NCBI RefSeq assembly: GCF_000698785.1
Contig: NZ_CP007536.1
Span: 2,070,001 to 2,102,000, forward strand
DNA length: 32,000 nucleotides
Direction of reading: 5' to 3'
DNA from: Nitrososphaera viennensis EN76
GTDB taxonomy: Archaea > Thermoproteota > Nitrososphaeria > Nitrososphaerales > Nitrososphaeraceae
This document shows, in pieces, positions 19,019 to 26,072 of this stretch (positions are counted from its first letter, which is position 1; every line of letters starts with the position of its first letter). The notes under the pieces were generated by a model. It saw only the letters and a list, made by a program, of their open reading frames with translations, made no database searches and was not told where the DNA came from. Position numbers and translations under genes: made by a program.

Positions 19019-19095
19019 TATCTTCGTATATAACGGTATCTCCGAAGATAACAAAAGGTATTTATATCTACGAAGATATCGTATCTACGAAGATA
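19019..19095. promoter_or_regulatory. Array of four quasi-palindromic TATCT-NCGA-AGATA sites upstream of and overlapping the transposase start
   Basis: TATCTTCGTATA at 19019-19030, TATCTCCGAAGATA at 19037-19050, and TATCTACGAAGATA at 19065-19078 and 19082-19095. Confidence 0.5.
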
Positions 19096-20231
19096 TGACA
19101 CCACCGCCAACAGCTCCGACACGACAACTAGACCGCAACGAAAAGGCGCAAAAGATTGTATGGACTAAAGGCCAAATCAAGCGTTACAACGAGAACCACT
19201 ATGTTGTACAGTCGCAGTCTGGCCGCGGTGCGTACGTTGTCATATCCACAGAAGCAGGCTGGAATTGTACGTGCCCTGACCACAGCTACCGCCAAGTGAA
19301 ATGCAAACACATCCTTGCAGTCGAGTTTTCGATAGAGCTGCGCAAGCAGGTGCAGTCATATGTAAACGTCATTCCAGAAGTCGCGGTAAACTCCTGCAAG
19401 TACTGCGCTTCTGAAAACATCAAGAAGGACGGCCTGCGCCACAACAAGTACGGCGACATTCAGGTATTCCTTTGCAAAGACTGCAACAGGCACTATACCG
19501 TAAACATCGGCTTTGAAGGAATGAGAGCAACCCCGCAGATGATTACAACAGCAATGCAGCTATACTTTTCTGGGGAAAGCCTGCGCTCGGTGCAGAAGTT
19601 CCTTAGACTGCAAGGTGTTAACATGAGTCATGTCGCGGTGTACAAGTGGATAAAGAAGTACGTCGCTCTGATGCAGGGCTATCTCGACAAAATCACTCCA
19701 AAAGTGTCTAGCACTTGGCGCACGGACGAAATGTATGTGAAAGTGCAAGGCAACATGAAGTACCTCTATGCCCTAATGGACGACCAGACAAGGTTCTGGA
19801 TTGCGCAGCAGGTCAGCGAAAGCAAGTACGTCCAAGATGTTAGGCCGATGTTCATTGACGGCGCAGCTACGGCAAAGAAAAAGCCTCGCGTACTAATCAG
19901 TGACGGCGCGCAGAACTTCCACGTTGCATGGAAAAAGGAGTACAAGGATGAAAAAGCCGTACACATCCAGCACATCCACATCAAGGGCGACAACAATAAC
20001 AACAAAATGGAACGTATGAATGGAGAGATCCGCGACCGTGAAAAGGTCATGCGCGGCCTAAAGAAAATCGACACTGCAATCTTGCAAGGGTATCAACTTT
20101 ACCACAACTACTTCCGCGAACACGAAGGGTTAGATGGCAAAACACCAGCAGAAGCAGCGAACATCCAGATTAAGGGAGCTAACAAGTGGATTACTGTGAT
20201 TCAGAACGCATCAAGAGACCTGATCAACTAA
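19095..20231 (+). CDS. IS6/IS26-like DDE transposase with N-terminal SWIM zinc finger and zinc ribbon
   Basis: 378 aa from ATG 19095. The track ORF upstream extension overlaps the AbrB-like gene and is rejected. SWIM CTCPDHSYRQVKCKH, ribbon CKYC...CKDC, and DDE blocks WRTDEMYVKVQGNMKYLYALMD, LISDGAQNF and NNNNKMERMNGEIRDREKVMRG resemble IS26 DETYVKV, TD and NNRIE..H..K.R. Confidence 0.9.
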   Translation: MTPPPTAPTRQLDRNEKAQKIVWTKGQIKRYNENHYVVQSQSGRGAYVVISTEAGWNCTCPDHSYRQVKCKHILAVEFSIELRKQVQSYVNVIPEVAVNSCKYCASENIKKDGLRHNKYGDIQVFLCKDCNRHYTVNIGFEGMRATPQMITTAMQLYFSGESLRSVQKFLRLQGVNMSHVAVYKWIKKYVALMQGYLDKITPKVSSTWRTDEMYVKVQGNMKYLYALMDDQTRFWIAQQVSESKYVQDVRPMFIDGAATAKKKPRVLISDGAQNFHVAWKKEYKDEKAVHIQHIHIKGDNNNNKMERMNGEIRDREKVMRGLKKIDTAILQGYQLYHNYFREHEGLDGKTPAEAANIQIKGANKWITVIQNASRDLIN

Positions 20232-20237
20232 GAGAAG

Positions 20238-20468
20238 TTGAGAGCCATAGAACAACTCATGGACGTACTCAAGATAATAGGAAAAGTTTCACCAATCATA
20301 TTGCTTTTAGGACTTGTCTTGTTCGAGGTATTAGTCCTATACGAGCATAGAGCAGACAATCTATTGCCAATCATTTTCTTGACATCATTCGTGATGATCA
20401 TGGTGGGAATAATTGGTACTTTGTGGACATATGTGATGTACCCAAGATTATTTTCTCGGACTGGTTAA
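20238..20468 (+). CDS. Small two-TM membrane protein, conserved passenger
   Basis: 76 aa with two hydrophobic helices, immediately downstream of the transposase. A positional counterpart sits at 27415-27612 in element B. Confidence 0.45.
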   Translation: MRAIEQLMDVLKIIGKVSPIILLLGLVLFEVLVLYEHRADNLLPIIFLTSFVMIMVGIIGTLWTYVMYPRLFSRTG

Positions 20469-21182
20469 GATGGGAATGAGTGAGATGGCTGCACCGATTA
20501 CTGCAAGAGGAATTGCTAGATATACCGCTGCGCGCCCAAGTTCAACCTGCTGAGAATCCTCAAGAGACACTATGTTTATGAAAGCAGAATTGCTAGCTAT
20601 GACGTTCGCAGTACCACTAGTCTCATTGAAGTTTGTTCCCAAAAGTATACCAAATTGGCCGCCCGTAGCATACCGTATGGTTCCTGTTCCCTCATAATTG
20701 AAACCATTTGGATTATGCACTTTATCTTTAACATTGACTTTTTGCAGGAGAATGGCGCAGGCATTTTGCGAACCGTACTTATCAACAGTACCTTGCGGAC
20801 AAAAAGTACCGTCAAATGTCAACAAGAAATATGAGGGTAGATCGGAATAGCCTAATCCTCCCTCTCCTCTCAGTTGATGGTTTGGAGCTAAGCGGCTGTA
20901 TACTGTGATATTTTTTTGTGCGGCGATCGAACCTTGAGACTCTAGATTTACTGTGATGTACATCGTTTCGTTGAGTTTAGCAGGATTCGAGATGTTGAGA
21001 AAATATGGAGCAAACGTACTCTCCCTTGACACAACTTGGTTAATTTGCAGGATAACAAAGCCTGATGAGATGCTAATTGCGAAAATTATCGCACCGGCGA
21101 TGGCTAGTCGTACCTTTAGACTAGGCTCAAGAGGAGAATTTGGATTAATAGGCGGTCTTTTATCGGGATTCCTTCTTACCAT
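20448..21182 (-). CDS. Doubly membrane-anchored extracytoplasmic protein, conserved passenger (paralog of 26695-27465)
   Basis: 244 aa with N- and C-terminal TM helices. Shared blocks with the element B protein are NITVYSRLAP/NITAFAKLQP, YFLLTFDGTFCPQGTVDKYGSQNAC/YFLWFDGSYCPTRPVDVYSSIPQC and IRYATGGQFGILL/IRYATAGVYGVAL. Confidence 0.7.
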   Translation of the reverse strand: MVRRNPDKRPPINPNSPLEPSLKVRLAIAGAIIFAISISSGFVILQINQVVSRESTFAPYFLNISNPAKLNETMYITVNLESQGSIAAQKNITVYSRLAPNHQLRGEGGLGYSDLPSYFLLTFDGTFCPQGTVDKYGSQNACAILLQKVNVKDKVHNPNGFNYEGTGTIRYATGGQFGILLGTNFNETSGTANVIASNSAFINIVSLEDSQQVELGRAAVYLAIPLAVIGAAISLIPILTSPRK

Positions 21183-21370
21183 GAGGAATTGCGGCCACCC
21201 AAGCTGCGGTCTGACGATGCCAATTTCACCAGCTTAACCATTGCCAAGCTCACGAGAGTGTCATAAAAAGGTGATCTGTGTACAGAAAAATCTTCCATGC
21301 CTAGCCCACGAAAGTTAACGGCCTTTCAAAATCAGGCTAGCCCACAGTAAGTTAACAGAACCTCTTGCGG

Positions 21371-21442
21371 GGTTCTGTTAACTTATCGTTTGCTCAATGA
21401 TATATGAGACAGATGCCTAGCCGACGGCAAATTAACAGAGCC
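21371..21442. mobile_element. 72-bp MITE-like remnant made of two abutting element ends
   Basis: It starts with GGTTCTGTTAACTTATCGTTTG (left-end type) and ends with CCGACGGCAAATTAACAGAGCC (right-end type). The ends are inverted relative to each other at about 15/22 by eye. No clean TSD was seen. Confidence 0.4.
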
Positions 21443-21706
21443 TGCGGCCAAATTCCGAAGCAGTCTTTAGTTTATCAGAGGCCCGTTTCGTCTTCAGACA
21501 TCCTGAAAACATTCGGCTGCAAAAGGTCAACTGCTATCCTGTTATCGCTACCGGCAGTTATTTTCACTATCGGTTAGCCTGCAAAATCAATTGCGATCAC
21601 GCCCGATCTTGCAGCCTTTAGCATCTTGCCCAGCCAGCTACCTCGTCGCCTTGGCCTATGTGCAGATGCTTGTTGTCTAACATGGCTGCTGCATAAAATG
21701 CGACTA

Positions 21707-22009
21707 TTAGGAGGTTGAAGCTGCTAACGTTCTCTGCCTATCTTCTTCCTCTTCTGCAATCCTGTGCGCCTCCGCAGTGACTACAACCTTGCCATTGACG
21801 GTCCATCTTGCCGCTCCCAGGTCCTGTCCGTCTGGCCCTTGAGCCTTTGGCATGTCGATAACAAGGTTGTCGAAGGTGTACGTCACAGAAGCGCCTTTGC
21901 CCTTGAGCCTGTCAAAAAGCTGACCAATTATTTCTGCCCATTGCGACGACATTTGGTGCGTGCCACTATCCTTGTCCTTCTGGCTCGCATCCCGCCTGCT
22001 GTTACTCAT
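21707..22009 (-). CDS. Hypothetical small protein (possibly amphi-Trp-like, unverified)
   Basis: 100-aa ORF with a charged N-terminus, a helix (WAEIIGQLFDRLKG), then a beta-rich segment (VTYTFDNLVIDMP...WTVNGKVVVTAE). Confidence 0.5.
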   Translation of the reverse strand: MSNSRRDASQKDKDSGTHQMSSQWAEIIGQLFDRLKGKGASVTYTFDNLVIDMPKAQGPDGQDLGAARWTVNGKVVVTAEAHRIAEEEEDRQRTLAASTS

Positions 22010-22142
22010 ATACGAGAGAGGTATGCGTGGCTTTCAATTAAAACAGTTTACTTTGCAGTCTCTCTATTCCAAAACCGCAAAGATGTGGGTCTCTGCATCT
22101 GACCTTCAAAAACACAGAGAAATCCGCTGAGTGAACAGAGAA

Positions 22143-22673
22143 TTAGCGTCGGACCCTTCTAATCCTGATGAAGAGTGCGTTTTCTGTAATCTGGGTTTCA
22201 GGTTTGATGTTCATGAATCCTGATGCAGCATGTTCCATAAGCCGACTGAGATAGTGGGACCAATTCTCTCCCATGTTGTGCTGGATTATAAGAATACGGC
22301 TATCCTCGCTTATTTCGTGGCGATAGTTAAAACCCGAGACCCTTATCCATCTCTCAAAAAGCTCAAAAATCGATTCTTCCGTACGCTCTTTTGTCATGAT
22401 CATCATGGTTTCATCCGTCAAGCCTCTGGCGACATCCTCCGCCAGCGCATCTACCTGCTCTTTGGTCAGCGAATCAAACAGCCTCTTGATCACTCCCTTG
22501 CGTATCGGGATAAATCCTGCTCTTGCGGCGTTTGCGTACCATTCAATATGGGATCTTACAATCTGATTCAATAACGTGTTGAGGTTGATTTGTTTCTGCT
22601 CAGCCTCTAGCCTGAGTTGGTCAAGCATTGCTTTATCAAACCTGAATGTGGCGGCTTCAGTATGATTGGTCAA
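22143..22673 (-). CDS. Ribbon-helix-helix (CopG/Arc/MetJ-type) regulator with a C-terminal domain of unknown function
   Basis: 176 aa. The N-terminal ATFRFDKAMLDQLRLEAEQKQINLNTLLNQIV fits the RHH strand-helix-helix pattern. Confidence 0.7.
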   Translation of the reverse strand: MTNHTEAATFRFDKAMLDQLRLEAEQKQINLNTLLNQIVRSHIEWYANAARAGFIPIRKGVIKRLFDSLTKEQVDALAEDVARGLTDETMMIMTKERTEESIFELFERWIRVSGFNYRHEISEDSRILIIQHNMGENWSHYLSRLMEHAASGFMNIKPETQITENALFIRIRRVRR

Positions 22674-23380
22674 GTCTAGTTGACCTAGAACGCATTCTTC
22701 GGTCTTTTATTATTTTTGGAATATTTAATGTTAATATCCTATTTCTTGTAGAAAATATATGATACAAAATTATGTAATTTGCATTGAATGTGGATGTCAT
22801 ATGAATAAAACACGAAAATATTGTGCAATATGGCTGACTGATGTGCACATTTTGTCCCAATATTTGGGTCCGCCATGTTAGATATTTTACACAAAGTACA
22901 CAATGTACTCATATTGCTTATAGCAAGGTTTTGTAACAAAAGACGTGCATATACCCCAAAGAAAGCCACCGCCCCTCTCCTCGTCAGTTAAAGGTGCGTC
23001 TTCTGTTGATGAGCTGGGGCAGGCTTCGTGTTTAGGTTGTTTACGCGGATGGTGGCGACCATGTATACAAGAGAACACGATAGATATGATGATGACGATC
23101 TTGTGTGTTCCCGCATGATGCAATAGCCGCCGTCTGACAAAGAACATCATCATGACGCGACGGCCGGTAACGCAAACAGGAGCGCGCGTGTGCATGTGAA
23201 AAAAGCCAGGGTGAGCCGCCACACCGCCACTGCCCTCGATAGAGGGAGAAGGAGATCATCCCTCCTCTTTTTTCTGTTGTTCAACAAACGCCGAGGCAAA
23301 ACCTTAGCTGGTTCAGGATCTATTGAAAATTAATTATTCCCTGTTCTGTTGAAGAATTCTCAAGTTACCCTTCTCAACGC

Positions 23381-23386
23381 TTTAAA
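23381..23386 (+). promoter_or_regulatory. TATA-box candidate (TTTAAA) for the 144-aa secreted protein, leaderless geometry
   Basis: CTCAACGCTTTAAAGCC lies about 29 nt upstream of ATG 23412. The context CTCAA(C/T)GCTTTAAA is shared with the paralog promoter at 24116-24132. Confidence 0.45.
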
Positions 23387-23411
23387 GCCATAGGGACCTG
23401 ACCGGCCCTTG

Positions 23412-23846
23412 ATGTCAAGCATAAGGCACAACAGGACGGCGATGCTATCATTTGTGATGGTAGGTGTCGCACTTGCATCATTATTCATCTTTGTTGCTTC
23501 GACCCATGCGTTTGCCCAAGGAGGCCAAGGTGGCGAGGGCGCCGCAGGCTCCGGCGGGAACGAGACTGCCGCGCCTGAAGTTGCTCCAGAAAGACTAAAG
23601 TTCTTTGACAAGCACGACCCTGCGCACACATGGAACGAGACTGCGCTTTCATACTTTGATTCAAAAGGAACAGAGCTGATGTGCGACAAGGTGTACAACG
23701 GCACCATCTACTATCAGATCAATGAAAACTTGTTCAAGTGCGACGACTTTGGCCTCTTTATAGCTGGCGACGAACAGGCCATGACGACAAACGGCAAGGA
23801 CGGACAGGACGGGCAAGATGGACAGGACGGCAAGGATGGAGTCTGA
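23412..23846 (+). CDS. Secreted Gly-rich protein with a collagen-like (G-x-D) tail and a conserved Cys-containing domain
   Basis: Signal peptide ending HAFA-QGG, followed by GGQGGEGAAGSGG. The domain FFDKHDPAHTWNE...MCDKVYNGTIYYQ...FKCDDF is shared with the 291-aa paralog. The tail is GKDGQDGQDGQDGKDG. ATG 23412 is preferred to TTG 23409. Confidence 0.75.
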   Translation: MSSIRHNRTAMLSFVMVGVALASLFIFVASTHAFAQGGQGGEGAAGSGGNETAAPEVAPERLKFFDKHDPAHTWNETALSYFDSKGTELMCDKVYNGTIYYQINENLFKCDDFGLFIAGDEQAMTTNGKDGQDGQDGQDGKDGV

Positions 23847-24126
23847 CTCCTTTTTTCTTTGCAGCAGCAACAACGGTATTTTATTGTCGTCATCCCTGCA
23901 CATCTGTTCGCGACTTAAGCCGCGGCCAAAGGGAAACTCTGGATATCGGTCTTTTGAGCTAGAAAATACCATTGACGACTGAATTAAGGCAGCGGTGCGA
24001 GATGCCATTGCCTTCACATCATCCAACATTGTAAATCACATAGCCGATACATTTTACATAATGACATAAAATCTCCCTCTAGAATTAATGGTTATAATCA
24101 CATTATGAGTTCAGGCTTCTCAATGC

Positions 24127-24132
24127 TTTAAA
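24127..24132 (+). promoter_or_regulatory. TATA-box candidate (TTTAAA) for the 291-aa secreted protein, leaderless geometry
   Basis: CTCAATGCTTTAAAACA lies about 28 nt upstream of ATG 24157. Confidence 0.45.
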
Positions 24133-24156
24133 ACATTGACAGCATGGTAACGCAAG

Positions 24157-25032
24157 ATGTCGAATAACAACAACATCATCAAAAACAAAACGGCACTCCT
24201 ATCAATGCTGATAGTAGGTGCCGCAATAGCATCATACGCCTTTGGCGCGCCAGCCAACGCGTTTGCTGCCGGCGACGGCGGAAACGGGGGTAACGGCGGA
24301 AATGGCGGCGACGGCGGCGATGGAGGACTCCTCATTGGTAACGGCGGCGACGGCGGAAACGGGGGTAACGGTGGAGATGGCGGCGACGGCGGAAATGGCG
24401 GCGATGACGACAGCGAATACAAGAAGCACTGGAAGAACGATGACGCTGAAGACCACGTATACAAGAAACACTGGAAGACCAATCATGACGACGATGACGA
24501 TGACAGCAACGATGAAGATGAAGACTATGGAAACAAGAAGCACTACAGCAACAATGATGATGACGACTATGACAGAAAGTACAAGAGATACTACAACGAC
24601 GACGATGACAAATACTATGGCCCAAAGCACTTCAAGTACAAGGAGAAGTTCAGTGACGACGATGACGACGGGTACTACTACAGCGAGCACTGGAAGAAGA
24701 AGTTCAAATATCACCACGACGAAAGCTACTACAGCAACGTAAAGATCATCATCCACAACAACTACTATAACGACTATGACGCAGGCTCATTCTATGTGCA
24801 CTTTGACAACGAGGACTATGACAACGACGACAGCACAACGGTCTTCAAGTTCTACGACCAGCACTTTGAAGAGCATCAATGGGATGAGGAAGGCAAGTTC
24901 TACTACGACGAGGACGGAAACGAGTACCAGTGTGATGACTTTTACATGGGAAGCGTCTACTACGACTTTGACGGTGCCTTCTACAAGTGCGACGACCTGA
25001 CGTTCAGCGAAGACTTTGAAGAAGGCTACTGA
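24157..25032 (+). CDS. Secreted low-complexity protein: (GGN/GGD) repeats, then an Asp/Tyr/Lys/His-rich region and a conserved C-terminal domain
   Basis: 291 aa. Signal peptide ending NAFA-AGD, then GDGGNGGNGGNGGDGGDGG twice (a DNA tandem repeat of about 63 bp at 24281-24393). Poly-D/Y/K stretches follow. The C-terminal FYDQHFEEHQWDE...QCDDFYMGSVYYD...YKCDDL is homologous to 23412-23846. Confidence 0.8.
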   Translation: MSNNNNIIKNKTALLSMLIVGAAIASYAFGAPANAFAAGDGGNGGNGGNGGDGGDGGLLIGNGGDGGNGGNGGDGGDGGNGGDDDSEYKKHWKNDDAEDHVYKKHWKTNHDDDDDDSNDEDEDYGNKKHYSNNDDDDYDRKYKRYYNDDDDKYYGPKHFKYKEKFSDDDDDGYYYSEHWKKKFKYHHDESYYSNVKIIIHNNYYNDYDAGSFYVHFDNEDYDNDDSTTVFKFYDQHFEEHQWDEEGKFYYDEDGNEYQCDDFYMGSVYYDFDGAFYKCDDLTFSEDFEEGY

Positions 25033-25312
25033 GAGTGACCTTCTCTCCCTCTCCTTTTTTTCTTTTCTTTCCTATCTTATCATATAGAGCAATCGCATGC
25101 CATTGGCACTGTGCGCAGATTGCCGTGCAGCCGGCGCAGTAGTCTTTTCCTTCTCTTTCTATATGTCCTATAACGTGAATGCGGCATGATACACGAGTCT
25201 GCTCATTTGGCGTTTTGCGTTAATAACTGACGAACATATTTTTCAATCGAGATTGACTGCAAAAGGGACACGTGCCTGAAAACTGCTATCTTGGTATTTC
25301 TTTTTCTTGTCG

Positions 25313-25519
25313 CTACTGACTCTCAACCGGCCAGTTGCTCCTCCGGTGCTTGCCCACGAGAGGTTTAAGGTGGAGAAGGAGATCCTGGAGTTGATGCAAA
25401 GACGGGTTTATCTCTCGCATCGCGCCGACATTTACTCCAAGTGCAGCAAGTCCCTCATACGTCTCTGCGATCGTCTCTTTTTCTCTTTCTTTTTCCCTAG
25501 ATGCGTACGTCATTGCCAT
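25313..25519 (-). CDS. Hypothetical small protein, translationally coupled to the upstream zinc-ribbon gene
   Basis: 68-aa ORF whose ATG overlaps the TAA stop of the 74-aa ORF (TAATG at 25517-25521). It competes with a plus-strand ORF at 25307-25573. Confidence 0.3.
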   Translation of the reverse strand: MAMTYASREKEREKETIAETYEGLAALGVNVGAMREINPSLHQLQDLLLHLKPLVGKHRRSNWPVESQ

Positions 25520-25743
25520 TATCTGCTACTACCCCCGCCTCCAGATACCTCTGGAATATTTGGAAGTTCATAGTTTGCGCTGGACAAGCACCTGGCGCAG
25601 AGCCTCTGCATGATGATTACCGTCCCTTGATCCACTTCAAATAGCGCCTCGGCAGTTGCGACATCTCCACATGTATTGCAGTAGTAGGGTTTCGACTTGT
25701 TCTTTCTCTGACCTAGGGGTTTAATGTCATAGTGTCTTAACAT
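25519..25743 (-). CDS. Small zinc-ribbon protein
   Basis: 74 aa with CNTCG...CARC (two CxxC pairs). Confidence 0.55.
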   Translation of the reverse strand: MLRHYDIKPLGQRKNKSKPYYCNTCGDVATAEALFEVDQGTVIIMQRLCARCLSSANYELPNIPEVSGGGGSSR

Positions 25744-25865
25744 ACTATCGTCAAGCAGCGACTCATTGATACTTAAGCCGTGCTCACCGGCGGAGCAGTG
25801 TGATCATTCGCTGGAATAGTTATTCACTTTTGTACTCTGTCCAAGATAGATTACAATCTGAGGTA

Positions 25866-25885
25866 ATCATAATCATGATTATGAT
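25866..25885. repeat. Perfect 20-bp palindrome ATCATAATCATGATTATGAT
   Basis: Self-complementary when read directly. It lies about 125 bp upstream of the 74-aa zinc-ribbon gene. Confidence 0.7.
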
Positions 25886-26072
25886 GCCAAGATGCCTGAT
25901 AATCTTTTAAACAGACACGCTTCTCCCGCCTGCCTGTCATGCGCGTAAAAAGTTTTTCTTCTAAAGCACAACAGCTGCAAAATCGATCCAGCCAAATTCC
26001 ATGCTTGGTTTATATGCGATTTTTTATCTGGTTAGTGGCCAGAAATAGAAATTTTGTGTACATAGAGATTCG

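Larger units (their letters stand above)
18123..21362 (+). mobile_element. Element A: 3.24-kb IS6-derived transposon-like element with passenger genes
   Basis: Terminal IR GGTTCTGTTACGTTCTCGTGGG (18123-18144) matches the reverse complement of 21341-21362 at about 17/22 by eye. An inner subterminal site, 18166-18182, is the exact reverse complement of 21303-21319. It is flanked by the 8-bp direct repeat TCTTGCGG (18115-18122 and 21363-21370) and encodes an IS6-like transposase. Confidence 0.7.

Noticed and set aside
18816-19094. N-terminal 93-aa extension of the transposase ORF as given in the track (18816-20231).
   Set aside because: The extension overlaps the AbrB-like gene on the other strand and runs through the operator-like repeats. 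It also has no counterpart in the element B transposase. ATG at 19095 gives 378 aa, matching the 373-aa paralog.
21443-21706. A ~260-bp ORF-free stretch after the MITE-like remnant, possibly another degraded element or an att site.
   Set aside because: No repeats matching the element ends were seen, and there is no tRNA-like target or other recognisable signal.
24120-24756. Antisense or alternate-frame ORFs across the 291-aa gene: a Pro/Ser-rich 120 aa, a Val/Ile-rich 174 aa, a Thr/Met-rich 166 aa and a Cys/His/Arg-rich 97 aa.
   Set aside because: They are frame shadows of the GGN/GAC/GAT low-complexity repeats. Only the plus-frame ORF has a signal peptide, a promoter and a conserved paralogous domain.
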